A stretch of 64,000 bases of DNA from an uncultured Planctomycetota bacterium (GTDB lineage: Bacteria > Planctomycetota > Planctomycetia > Pirellulales > Lacipirellulaceae). Shown piece after piece: positions 30,211-40,153 of this stretch (its first letter is position 1; every line of letters begins with the position of its first letter). The notes below the pieces were generated by a model. That model had not been told where the DNA came from and did no database searches. It worked only from the letters and a program-made list of their open reading frames with translations. Location of the stretch: assembly GCA_963719315.1 (NCBI GenBank), contig CAVRBU010000004.1:224001-288000 (forward strand), read 5' to 3'. The position numbers and the translations under genes are program-made.

Positions 30211-32442
30211 TCACTCGCTTCGTTCCAAAACTACCACCCAATCGTCGGACTTGATCGAACTTGGCTTGCTTAGCACGCAATTTGCTGACATGTCCGCTTT
30301 CACCGACCCCAATTCGATCGTCTCGCCAGTTGTTGGGTCGAACGCGGCCGCGCGATAAGTCGCCTTCGCTTTCAGTTGTTGCATCTGCACAGTCCAAGTC
30401 TCAGGCACATAGATTATGCGGACTTTCGCGGGAATGCCAGTCGTAAATGGACCGTAGGGAGTGCCAGCAACAAATGAGCCCCACGGGCTCCGGCCGTAGG
30501 AGCCCAGGTCTTTCGCTTCGATCCATTGCGAATCGTCGAATTCTTCGGCGGTCCATTGCCAATCGTTCGACACCTTCTGGGCGGTGCGCCACGTCGCGTC
30601 GGATGGAATCACCCGAGCGGCCTCGCCTGCTGTTTCAACATGGAGGCTCGCCAACAATCCAGCCGGATTCGCGGCGACGGGGGCTGGCAAGTTCTCGACC
30701 ATCACTGCCAGCACATTTCGCCCCGGTTTTAATTTCGCCGAGATGTCGATCTTGGCGAACGTACCGGTGCCGGTATGCTCGCGAATCAGATCCCCATTGA
30801 CGTAGACGGTGAACCGGTCGTCGGCCGAAATCCACAGCGTGCCGCGCCGCGGCTGCTTCGCGTTCGACAACTCGAACGTTTTGCGAAAATATCGGGGCGC
30901 AACGGGCGCGTCGGTCGTCGGGTCGCCTTCCGGATACCAGATCCAATGGCCCCACGCCGGCTGTTGTCTCGTTGCGCTTTCTTCATAAACTGCCCAATCG
31001 GGATGCGGTGCGAATTTCTGCCATTCGAATCGCTCGAACAATTTCTTGCCGAGGCCAACCTGGCGTGAACCGGGCAGGTTCATCGCCTCATTCCAGGGGA
31101 TTTTGCCGTAGCCCACGCCGCCGTTGTGGTGGGGCGAGGGGCCGTGCGGTTCGCCGGGGCGGTTGCATTGCCAGATTCCGTTGGCGCCGTAAGTATGCCC
31201 GGCCGCCCCGTTCGTCAGGCAAAGCCAGAACATTTGCCGCGTCCACTTCGTGGGCAAACTGTCGCCCAGCATTTCGTAGGCGGCTTCGCCGTCGATCACG
31301 GGCATCGTAGGCCTGTCAGCGTACGACTCCTGCATGGTGCGGATAGTAGGCTCGACCGCTTCGCGCTGGCCGTGCGGTGTTTGCAGCAGGTCGATATCGA
31401 GTAGCGCCGGATCGTCCGTGGCATGACGCGCCGAAAGCCGGCCAATCCCCGTCGGGTGAATCGTCAGTAGCCGATGAAACGGGTCCGTCGCCCGAATGTA
31501 CCGCATGACTTCCGTCCATTCGGTGACCTGTTTGCGATCGTCGTACGGAAATCCTTTGGCCAGGTACCACGGCAGATTCGCTTCACCGGCCGCACACCAC
31601 ACCACCGGCAGCGCACCGTACCGCGCGATGAGATACCGCCAGTGTTGTTTCGCTTTCTCGACTCCCATCCAGGGCATGAAATATCCCCACGCACCAACGA
31701 TACACGGCGCGAAACCTTCGTCCGCGAGGTACTCGAGTCGTCGATCGGCCATGTCGAAATACTCCGGTCGAATGCGGGCGTAACCCGCTTCCCACGGGTA
31801 GCCCGCTTCGTTCGCTCCGCGCGGATCGAATGGGTGCATGTCCGGATACAGGCCCGCAACGATCTGAATGACGTTGAAACCCTTTTCTTTGCGATCGGCG
31901 GCCAAAGTGGCGAATTCATTGGGCCAATGCAGCCGGTGACAAAGCCCCATCCACCAGGTATCGGCCAGCCAAAAGAACGGCGTGCCGTCGGCGTGTTCCA
32001 GATATCGCCGATCGGCGGCCACGCGAATCGGTCCATGCACGTACAACGGATTCTTGCCAGTGTAGCGTGTGATATCAACTTTACCGGCGACGCCTTGAAG
32101 GCCGCCGTCTTGCGTATCGGAGCACTCGCTGCGAAAGCGATGTATGCCAAGGATCGGCGAAGCATAGCGGGCCTTCCACACCTCGCCCCCCGCCCAGAAC
32201 GCCGGAACCCGCAGCTCTTGACCGTGCGGATCGGTGAATACCACGTCTAGCGTCACCGTGTTAAACGGGTCTTCGTGCGCGCTCTTGGCGGCGAACGGCA
32301 ACTCGATCATGACGTTTGCTTCAGTCTGCCGCGGCGTTTCATCCGCCCGCGCCGCGGCCATTGGCCGAGCGGCCAAGAGGATTGCGATCAACATCGTGCG
32401 GATACGCGCACGCCGATGCAGCCAAGGCCGTAGAATGCACAT
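30211..32442 (-). CDS. DUF5060/DUF4038 (GH140/apiosidase-like) protein with an inserted beta-sandwich domain
   Basis: PAFWAGG, DGTPFFWLADTWW, KGFNVIQ, YLIARYGA, TIHP, DGEAAYE and GHTYGANGIWQ. SD GGAG. Confidence 0.85.
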   Translation of the reverse strand: MCILRPWLHRRARIRTMLIAILLAARPMAAARADETPRQTEANVMIELPFAAKSAHEDPFNTVTLDVVFTDPHGQELRVPAFWAGGEVWKARYASPILGIHRFRSECSDTQDGGLQGVAGKVDITRYTGKNPLYVHGPIRVAADRRYLEHADGTPFFWLADTWWMGLCHRLHWPNEFATLAADRKEKGFNVIQIVAGLYPDMHPFDPRGANEAGYPWEAGYARIRPEYFDMADRRLEYLADEGFAPCIVGAWGYFMPWMGVEKAKQHWRYLIARYGALPVVWCAAGEANLPWYLAKGFPYDDRKQVTEWTEVMRYIRATDPFHRLLTIHPTGIGRLSARHATDDPALLDIDLLQTPHGQREAVEPTIRTMQESYADRPTMPVIDGEAAYEMLGDSLPTKWTRQMFWLCLTNGAAGHTYGANGIWQCNRPGEPHGPSPHHNGGVGYGKIPWNEAMNLPGSRQVGLGKKLFERFEWQKFAPHPDWAVYEESATRQQPAWGHWIWYPEGDPTTDAPVAPRYFRKTFELSNAKQPRRGTLWISADDRFTVYVNGDLIREHTGTGTFAKIDISAKLKPGRNVLAVMVENLPAPVAANPAGLLASLHVETAGEAARVIPSDATWRTAQKVSNDWQWTAEEFDDSQWIEAKDLGSYGRSPWGSFVAGTPYGPFTTGIPAKVRIIYVPETWTVQMQQLKAKATYRAAAFDPTTGETIELGSVKADMSANCVLSKPSSIKSDDWVVVLERSE

Positions 32443-32671
32443 GATCGAATTTCTCCAAAATCGAACGCCTTCGAATCCGCACATATTCGTGGCCCCAAAA
32501 GCCGCGATAGCGGCAAGTGCGCATCGCGTCGAGCATGCGCAGCCGATCGCATTGTCATTTAGCGACGTTTGCAGGTGTTCTTGACGAGCGCCATCTATGT
32601 GAAAGTGAGTTGGCTCGCCATCATCTGGTTATTTCTGCTCGCTAAGCGAAGGGACGAACCCAACCATCGCG

Positions 32672-33706
32672 CTAACCGCAAATCCGCTCCCATTTACGCT
32701 GAAAGCCAGGCTGATTGAGCACTTGGGGATTCACGATGCCGCGGGGCGTACGCTTGAGCGAAAGGTCGACCATCCCTTGACAGGCGGCGCGACCCATATC
32801 GCGAAACATTTCGTTGGTCCAAGCAATGCTGTGTGGCGCGAGCAAAACATTGTCGAACTCGCGAAACCGAGACGGTTCGACGAGCGGCTCCGTCGCGAAG
32901 CAATCGATTGCTGCTCCGGCGATGCGGCCCTGTTTGAGCGATTCGTACAATGCATCCTCATCGACGATGCCGCCGCGGGCCGTGTTGATGAGGAATACGT
33001 CCGGCTTCATCAACGCGAGCTCGCGCTGGCCAATCAGTCCGCGCGTTTTGTCCGTTAGGGGACAATGAATCGAAACAAAGTCGCTCGTGCGCAAGACCTC
33101 ATCCATTTCAACCAACCGTACGCTCAACTTTTCAGCCGCAGCCCGGTCGGCGAACGGATCGAACGCGATCGGCGGCCGCATGCCCCAGCCAGCGAGCAGC
33201 TCGATCAGCTTCCGGGCGATGCCGCCGAGGCCGATGACTCCCAGCGTACGGTCGCGCAGTTCGCGGCCCATGTAGCGGCTCCGATCTTCCCACCTGGCTT
33301 CGCGAGCGAGGCGATCTTTCACGCTCATGTGATGCGTGAGCGCGATCATCCAGCCGACGGTAGCCTCGGCGACCGGGCGATCGACGGCCCCCACCGTGAT
33401 GCATACGAGTACGTCCGCGTCGGTGCAGGCTTGCACGTTCACTGAATCGTAACCGACGCCAAAGCGGCCCACCGCCAGTAAGTCGCCGGCGTCTGCTACC
33501 GTTTCGCGCGTGACCGATGGAGTGAGCACGATCACGCCGTTCGCGCCGGCGAGTTGATCGGCGCCGATTTGCGGCCGATGCTGGGCAAAAGGCCGGACGC
33601 TGATTTCCGGATGCTCCTCAAACGTGCTCAAGCCGAAATCGGAGAACTTCGGCTCGCCACTCGCGGTGTAAAAATCCGCCGTCAGTGCTACGTGGAACTT
33701 GCTCAA
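32672..33706 (-). CDS. D-isomer-specific 2-hydroxyacid dehydrogenase
   Basis: RFGVGYD, VAEA, GVIGLGGI, SIHCPL, INTARGGIVDE and APHS. Confidence 0.92.
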   Translation of the reverse strand: MSKFHVALTADFYTASGEPKFSDFGLSTFEEHPEISVRPFAQHRPQIGADQLAGANGVIVLTPSVTRETVADAGDLLAVGRFGVGYDSVNVQACTDADVLVCITVGAVDRPVAEATVGWMIALTHHMSVKDRLAREARWEDRSRYMGRELRDRTLGVIGLGGIARKLIELLAGWGMRPPIAFDPFADRAAAEKLSVRLVEMDEVLRTSDFVSIHCPLTDKTRGLIGQRELALMKPDVFLINTARGGIVDEDALYESLKQGRIAGAAIDCFATEPLVEPSRFREFDNVLLAPHSIAWTNEMFRDMGRAACQGMVDLSLKRTPRGIVNPQVLNQPGFQRKWERICG

Positions 33707-33799
33707 AAGATAATCTCAATCGCGGCTAGGACTGCTGCGCAGAACGACTCCGACGTACAATACAGGGCAGCAATTGATCTGATGTGACGTACCATTCTG

Positions 33800-34999
33800 T
33801 CATTTCCACGGACTTCCCTCCACCGTCGCGTTGCGTTCGTCAACAACAATCCGTTTCGGTTCCGGTCCGGCATAAACCCAGATCATCGCCATCGGCCGGT
33901 CGGATTCGTTGATAAAATAATGCACGCGGCCGCGGGGCTGGAGCGCCGTAGAATATCCGGTCATCGAGTAGCGTCGCCCTTCGACGACACATTGTGCCGT
34001 GCCATCGACGATGCAAATGCTTTCGTCGAAATCGTGAAAGTGCGCCAGCAGCCGGCCGCCGGGGTGGAACTCGCCATAGCCGCCGCTCATTTCGATTCCC
34101 GGCATCAAGTCTTCGTTAAAGAAGTCGATGAACGCGGCGCCCGATCCGGCGTCGAATCGTTCGGCTGTTGCAAATCGATTCACGCGTTCCAAGCCAGGCG
34201 TGCACGGTCCGATAGAGTCATCCGGCATCGGCCGTGGTGGATAGATCGGTTCCACAAGTTCGCGCGACGGCGCGTCCGTCGGAAACGTCACGTGAAACAG
34301 TGCCTCTCGATCCGGCGAAGCGTTTTCCACGCCGTGCGGCACGCCCGGGGGAATCGCGACATTGTCGAATCGTTGCAAACGGTAGCGGCGGCCCTCAACG
34401 TCCACTATCGCCGCGCCTTCAAGCAGCGTTATCGATTCCGTCGTCGGATGGCGATGATACGCCAGTCTCACCGCCGGCGCGAATCGCACGACGCCCGTCG
34501 TGAGGTCTTTGGATTGATTGTGTACGCCAACCAGAGCTTCAAACACTACGCCTGGTTGGATATCGATCTTGTTTCCGCTCCCGAAATTGGTTATCGCCTC
34601 GGGCCGATCCGGCCGGAACGACTCCGAGGGCCGATCGAGTGGCGCGGCTTTGGGCGGCTTGTCGCTCGGTGTGAACGATGCATTCATTGCCCGGTCGCGT
34701 ACCACGGTTCCCAGCAACGTATGCAGACCTCTCAGCAAGAATCCGCAATCCGAGCCCAGGCCAATCGTGCGGAAGCCTTGGTCGCGGCGTTCGATGAGAT
34801 TCGCTTCGCTGCTGGCAACCACGCCACAGTACTTGCCCGCGCGCGTAATCGCATCCTTTTTATCCAGCAACTGCTTGGCGACTCCGGGCCCTTCCCATTG
34901 GCCCGCAAAGCCAGCCGAACTCGAATAGTCTGCCGGACCGAAGAGAAACAGTTTCACGGCAAGTTTTTGCGTCAGTTTTTTGATTGCGTTCGATTTCAT
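33800..34999 (-). CDS. HpcH/HpaI-aldolase remnant fused to two cupin domains (aldolase core missing)
   Basis: FGPADYSSSAG (late HpcH motif) appears at about residue 19. Two cupins follow: HRHPTTE...PGVPH and HFHDFDE...GRVH. Confidence 0.75.
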   Translation of the reverse strand: MKSNAIKKLTQKLAVKLFLFGPADYSSSAGFAGQWEGPGVAKQLLDKKDAITRAGKYCGVVASSEANLIERRDQGFRTIGLGSDCGFLLRGLHTLLGTVVRDRAMNASFTPSDKPPKAAPLDRPSESFRPDRPEAITNFGSGNKIDIQPGVVFEALVGVHNQSKDLTTGVVRFAPAVRLAYHRHPTTESITLLEGAAIVDVEGRRYRLQRFDNVAIPPGVPHGVENASPDREALFHVTFPTDAPSRELVEPIYPPRPMPDDSIGPCTPGLERVNRFATAERFDAGSGAAFIDFFNEDLMPGIEMSGGYGEFHPGGRLLAHFHDFDESICIVDGTAQCVVEGRRYSMTGYSTALQPRGRVHYFINESDRPMAMIWVYAGPEPKRIVVDERNATVEGSPWK

Positions 35000-35032
35000 C
35001 GGTTGATTGACAGCGTCGAGTCAGCGCTTTGA

Positions 35033-36529
35033 TTAATTGCGATCGGGCCGGATCTCGCTCGTGCTGGCGTCGATTCTGTCGTTTGTCGTTGCCGTTCTAA
35101 TTGTAAACAAATCGGCGTCCCGCAACACTACGTGAAAACGGACTGGCTTCCCCTTCAACTCAATTAAATCGCGCTTCGATTTCCACGTTACAACGGCATC
35201 CAGTTCGTCGCCAAAGAGTTCCTCCATGTCCGCCAACGCACAACCCGGTATAGCAGAGCCCTTCGCGTCCTGGATTTCAACTCGCAGGCCGCCGGCGGCC
35301 GATGTGGCGTAATTGAGAATAAGTCGATCGCCACCAAATGTTAGCGCGCGAGTCGTGAATTCGCCGCCAGCATGGCCGGCATGCACCGAGGCGAACCCGT
35401 GCCGGCGGATAGTTACGCGGCGCAGGCGATTGTCCGGCCAGCGGTAGTGTTCGCTCACATACATCGAGAATTCGTCAGGGCTGGTTTGCACAATGCCCCA
35501 GGCGGGCATGTTGCTGCGATCCGTCCAATTCTGTCGGTCTGGCCCCGGACGGATCCAGGCTTCTAAAAAGGTGCGATCCCAATTCCGCCCGTCGCGACTG
35601 CTCATGAAAAGTGCATCGGATGTTCCGGGTTCCTTGTACTCGGTGACTTTTCTCCTCTTAGGTATGAACCGCATCGGAAATGCCAGGTAGTGATGCGGCG
35701 CACCGGGACATAGCACGGTCGCATTCGTGTAGAAGTGTTCTTTGGGCACGCCCTCGGCGTAGTGGTTCGGCACGGGATCACTCCAATTCAGAAAATCCTC
35801 CGATTGGCTATTTTGAATAGCGCGGAAGCCGCCGTAACCACCCTGATCAAAATACCGCGAGTAAGCTCGGTAACAACGGGCGTTCTGGTCCCAAAACGCT
35901 AGATTAAGCGAGTCGAACGTCCCTTTGGTCGTTACGGGCTCGGACTGCATTTTCTTCCAACGTATGCCGTCGGGCGAGCAAAACGCAAATAACTTGCTTT
36001 CCAATCCTCCTAAAGCCTTATAGCGTTCCTCCGACTTGACGGCCGGGTTCGAGTCCAAGAATGGCGCAAAATTGTGTGATGCCACGCCCGCTAAGACAAC
36101 ATTGTTCTCTTTTGATCCATTGACCTCGTGGAGGCCCAGGTTTGGCCGATCGAAGTGAATGCCGTCCGCGCTCTCCGCGTAGCACGTCACTTGCTCTTCC
36201 GAGTTATCAACCTTAGCTCTCGAGCCGCGGTAATAGAGCCGAAACCGCGCTCCGTCCTGCAAGATCGTGTAGTAGGCGCTTTCGGGACCTTCGCACGGTT
36301 TGTCGGCGGTGAGGACAATTTCGCGCCGCACCGGCGTTTGCAACACCAGCGAAATGTCGCGGCTAAGGGCTGGTTCGATCAATCGATCATCGACAAACAT
36401 TTCCACGCGCGTGCCGATATCAATCGGCGGAACCGATCCTTGCTCCGACCATGCCGGACGGACGTTGGTCGACCAAACGCTGGTCCAGATCATCAGGCAG
36501 AGCAAATAATTGTGGAATCGCATGGTCAT
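35033..36529 (-). CDS. Exported hypothetical protein, five-bladed propeller glycoside-hydrolase-like
   Basis: Signal peptide, EMFVDD, RLYYRG, CYAESADGIHF.RPNLG, SRDGRNW, RHGFASV and C-terminal GKPVRFHVVL. Confidence 0.75.
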   Translation of the reverse strand: MTMRFHNYLLCLMIWTSVWSTNVRPAWSEQGSVPPIDIGTRVEMFVDDRLIEPALSRDISLVLQTPVRREIVLTADKPCEGPESAYYTILQDGARFRLYYRGSRAKVDNSEEQVTCYAESADGIHFDRPNLGLHEVNGSKENNVVLAGVASHNFAPFLDSNPAVKSEERYKALGGLESKLFAFCSPDGIRWKKMQSEPVTTKGTFDSLNLAFWDQNARCYRAYSRYFDQGGYGGFRAIQNSQSEDFLNWSDPVPNHYAEGVPKEHFYTNATVLCPGAPHHYLAFPMRFIPKRRKVTEYKEPGTSDALFMSSRDGRNWDRTFLEAWIRPGPDRQNWTDRSNMPAWGIVQTSPDEFSMYVSEHYRWPDNRLRRVTIRRHGFASVHAGHAGGEFTTRALTFGGDRLILNYATSAAGGLRVEIQDAKGSAIPGCALADMEELFGDELDAVVTWKSKRDLIELKGKPVRFHVVLRDADLFTIRTATTNDRIDASTSEIRPDRN

Positions 36530-36533
36530 CGTT

Positions 36534-37136
36534 TTATCGATCCGTTGCCCGAGGTACTGGAAGATTCATGATCTTTGCATCCGCGACGCGAAATGAATAC
36601 AGCCGGCTGCGTCAAATCGTGAATCGAAGTTGTATTTGCCGGCCTTGCAAGCTACCGAGATAACCCTCGGTTACCCAGCGAACCCAGCCGTCGTCCTGCG
36701 ATCCCAGCGTATCGGCCGAAACTAGTTTACACGACGCGGCCTCAAATCCTCTGATCGGCGTCCTCGTAAGATTTGCCACCTCGATAGGACTCTGATTCTC
36801 CAGCCGAAACGCCGCAGGTACTTTTCCCTGCCCATCAATCTCTGGCTGGGCGCCTTCGCCATAGTGATCAATTACGATGGGCTGCCCTTCACGGCCAGAA
36901 CTGCGCGGTTGGAGCGCGCCTTCCCATTTGCGACCGGCGCATAGCAAGAGTCGATCGCCCGGCTGATGGGTTTCTTGATTGACGCGTTCCAGCGACCGAC
37001 ACGCAGTCGTAGCGGCGGTGCCGTTGTGCGCATCGTCACCCGACTTGCTGTCCACGTAGTACGTAACACCAACGGCCTCTGCCACGCACGCTTGCATAAG
37101 CAATATCAAACTCGCGAATCTCAACGCCGCGTACAT
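36534..37136 (-). pseudogene. Chimeric relic: N-terminus of a beta-helix (pectin-lyase-fold) protein joined to the C-terminus of a propeller-hydrolase-like gene
   Basis: TYYVDSKSGDD.NG...SLERVN...PGDRLLL...YGEG.QPEIDG, then from about 36768 PIRGF...VRW...LQGRQIQLRFTI*RSRLYSF with an internal TGA at 36612. Confidence 0.65.
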
Positions 37137-37574
37137 CGATTTCTTCTCGCAATGCCACACATCGAAATTAAGAGCAACCGATTGTGGATGGCACGCATAA
37201 ACGGTCAAATCAATACGATCGCAGCCAGGCGTAACACTCGTGCCACTGCCAGTTGTACGTGTTGTCAAACGACGATCGCCCGATCCGCGCGCCGTTCAGG
37301 TATACCCAATAATTCCGTCAGTCCCATTGGTAGCAGCCGCCGTACAAGAAAATCACGCTATCAACATTCAAATAGCTTATGGCGTACTTGGTTGCATGAA
37401 TTAAGGGTTCTCGGGAAATCATTCTCGCATGTCGTTGCGGTGAGGTCGAGTTCCGCCCAATTTTTTGGAATTGCACCGCCGGCGGGCTAAACTAGGCTTT
37501 GTCTCAATACAAGGTTCCGCTGCTAACAAGTTAGCAGATGGCATCCCTCGCGCTTCTCACATTCAGTATCCATC

Positions 37575-38306
37575 ATGAAAACAATTGCATTCGTCTACGC
37601 TATCCTATTCGCGTCACCCACCTTCGCCGCCGCCTCCGGCCACAAGACGCCCGACCAACTCCGCGCCGCTGGCTTTATCCCCCTCGCCCCGGATGATTCG
37701 CTCGACGAGTGGGACTTGAATCCCTGGCACAATGGACACTGGACGATCGAGGGCGGCGTCATCAGCTACGACGGCCGCGGAGAGAACAAAGACTTCCAGA
37801 AAAACTCGCTGTGGACCAAACAGGATTTCGGCAACTTGGAGATGTACGCCGAATGGCGTCTGCCCGAAACGCCCAAGATGCGGCCGCACCCCATCGTCCT
37901 GTACGACGGCGACTTTCTGATGGACGAGAACAACCATCGCGTCACGCGGCCCCACCTCGACGCCGGCGACAGCGGTCTGATGTTCCGGGGCACCTCCAAA
38001 TGCCAGGCCAACATCTGGAGCCAGGAACTCGGCTCCGGCGAAATCAACGGCTACCGCACCGACCACAAAATGCCGCAAGCGGTCCGCCGCGCCTGCATCC
38101 CGATCAAAAACGCCGACCGCCCGCTTGGCGAATGGAACACATTCCTCATCACTCTCCAAGGCGACCGCATGACCGTCGACACCAATGGCGAACGAGTTAT
38201 CGACGCGGCCGAACTCCCCGACCTTCCCAAAACCGGGCCGATCGGCCTCCAACACCACGGCAGCCCCGTCCAATTCCGCCAACTTTGGGTGAGGCCGCAC
38301 AAGTAG
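37575..38306 (+). CDS. DUF1080 (3-keto-disaccharide hydrolase family) protein
   Basis: Signal peptide, WTIEGG, LWTKQDFGN, DSGLMFR, GEWN, GPIGLQHHG and VQFRQL. Confidence 0.88.
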   Translation: MKTIAFVYAILFASPTFAAASGHKTPDQLRAAGFIPLAPDDSLDEWDLNPWHNGHWTIEGGVISYDGRGENKDFQKNSLWTKQDFGNLEMYAEWRLPETPKMRPHPIVLYDGDFLMDENNHRVTRPHLDAGDSGLMFRGTSKCQANIWSQELGSGEINGYRTDHKMPQAVRRACIPIKNADRPLGEWNTFLITLQGDRMTVDTNGERVIDAAELPDLPKTGPIGLQHHGSPVQFRQLWVRPHK

Positions 38307-38640
38307 CTGTTACGAGCCGAATGGCGCTCCGTTTCTGAGCCCTTTCCCAGCTCGCAGAAAGGCAGTGCAGGAACAGCTTCTCAATGCACCGAACGGTTTG
38401 ACTACTGAATACCGTCGAGCAATATTGCTGGCAAAATGAGCTGCGAGAAACAATAATCGCACCGTTCCCGGATTTACGAAACTTGATCCTCAGAAATGGA
38501 CGTCTGCGCGGAGCGAGCAATTTCAACCGGCGACCGCTGACATGGGCGTCAGAAAAAAAGAATTCCTCCGTTACCTCTGTTGCCTCCTGTTCAACTTCTG
38601 GCCCGGCAAAACTTGAACGGGAAAGCCTAGGAAGTGCCTT

Positions 38641-40020
38641 TCAGCACTCGATAACCGCCACCGCCAACCCGCCGCGCGAAGTCTCCTTGTACTTCGTAAG
38701 CATGTCGCGGCCAGTTTCGCGCATCGTGCGGATCACGCGATCGAGCGACACGCGGTGCTGGCCGTCGCTGCGTAGCGCCATTCGCGAGGCGTTGATGGCT
38801 TTCACCGCCGCCATCGCGCAACGTTCGATGCACGGAACTTGAACCAGCCCGCCGATTGGATCGCAGGTGAGGCCGAGGTTATGCTCCATGCCGATTTCGG
38901 CCGCCATTTCGACCTGCGGCACGCTGCCACCGAGGATTTCGGTGAGCGCGCCGGCCGCCATCGAGCAAGCGACGCCCACCTCACCCTGGCAGCCGACTTC
39001 CGCGCCGGAGAGTGATGCATTGAGCTTGTATAAAATGCCAATCGCGCCAGCCGTGAGCAAAAATCGCACGATGCCGTCGTCGTTCGCATCGGAGACAAAC
39101 CGCCAATAGTAATGCAGCACGGCCGGGATGATGCCGGCCGCCCCGTTGGTTGGCGCGGTCACGACGCGGCCACCCGCGGCGTTTTCCTCGCTCACCGCGA
39201 GCGCGAACAAATCGACCCAATCGATCGCGGCGAGCGGGTCGCGAATTGCGTTCTCGTCGCGAGTCGAAAGTTTCCGAAAGAGCTCCGGCGCGCGGCGGCG
39301 AACCTTCAAGCCGCCCGGCAGAATTCCTTCTTGCCGATAACCCCGTTCGACGCATGCTTGCATCACGTGCCAGCGCTCGAGCAAGCCGGCGTGGATTTCT
39401 GCATCGCTCCGCCACACGCGTTCGTTGGCCAGCGTCATCTGGCTGATCGACAGACCGGTTTCGCTCGCCATCCGCAGAAGGTCGTCGCCCGTCTTGTAAG
39501 GGTAGGGGAGCCTCGTTTCGTCGTGTGAGAATTGGTCGGCGTCCGCATCAATTTCATCAACGACGAATCCGCCGCCGACCGAGAAGCACGTGTATTCCAG
39601 CAGTGTGTTGCCGGCCGAATCTCTTGCCGTGAAGCGCATGCCGTTCGGATGCTGCGGCAACGACTCCTTGCGCAGGAACAAAAGGTGTTTGTCTTCAATA
39701 AAGGGAACGGTCGGCCCGTCGCCCAGCTTCAATCGGCCAGTTTCGCGAATGGCGGCCACCCGCGACTCGACTTCGTCCGGATCGATCTCTTCAGGGGTAG
39801 CGCCTTCGAGACCAAGCATTATGGCCTTATCGGTGCCGTGCCCCTTGCCCGTAAGGGCGAGCGAGCCATACAGCCGCACCTCGACTTCGGCACATTCGTC
39901 AAGCTTTTGAGCCGCCCGCAGCCGAAGGATAAACTGCCACGCCGCCCGCATTGGCCCAATCGAATGCGAACTCGAAGGGCCGATGCCAATCGTGAATAAG
40001 TTGAAGACGCTGATCGCCAT
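38641..40020 (-). CDS. sdaA: L-serine ammonia-lyase (Fe-S, single chain)
   Basis: [50 protein letters not shown] and [10 protein letters not shown]...QVPCIER. Confidence 0.96.
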   Translation of the reverse strand: MAISVFNLFTIGIGPSSSHSIGPMRAAWQFILRLRAAQKLDECAEVEVRLYGSLALTGKGHGTDKAIMLGLEGATPEEIDPDEVESRVAAIRETGRLKLGDGPTVPFIEDKHLLFLRKESLPQHPNGMRFTARDSAGNTLLEYTCFSVGGGFVVDEIDADADQFSHDETRLPYPYKTGDDLLRMASETGLSISQMTLANERVWRSDAEIHAGLLERWHVMQACVERGYRQEGILPGGLKVRRRAPELFRKLSTRDENAIRDPLAAIDWVDLFALAVSEENAAGGRVVTAPTNGAAGIIPAVLHYYWRFVSDANDDGIVRFLLTAGAIGILYKLNASLSGAEVGCQGEVGVACSMAAGALTEILGGSVPQVEMAAEIGMEHNLGLTCDPIGGLVQVPCIERCAMAAVKAINASRMALRSDGQHRVSLDRVIRTMRETGRDMLTKYKETSRGGLAVAVIEC

Positions 40021-40153
40021 CGAGTAAGCCGCGTTCGCAGGTTGAGATTATGGTCATTATTTCGCAGTGGACCACGCCGCTTCATTCTAATACGAACCGC
40101 ACTTCATTGAATTGACATGCCGCTCGCTCGCAAAAACGGCTGAAAACGAAAAC

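Noticed and set aside
36045..36056. GGGTTCGAGTCC as a tRNA fragment or att site of a tRNA-Asp island
   Set aside because: It is only 12 nt, lies inside a CDS, is opposite in orientation to the tRNA, and there is no integrase in the window.
36612..36614. In-frame TGA as selenocysteine
   Set aside because: It is not in a redox-motif position, the gene is a decayed chimera, and no convincing SECIS hairpin was identified.
38537..38560. CTGAC-N6-GTCAG hairpin plus A-run as an intrinsic terminator
   Set aside because: The A-run is on the wrong side to give a U-tract after the stem on either strand, and the stem is short.
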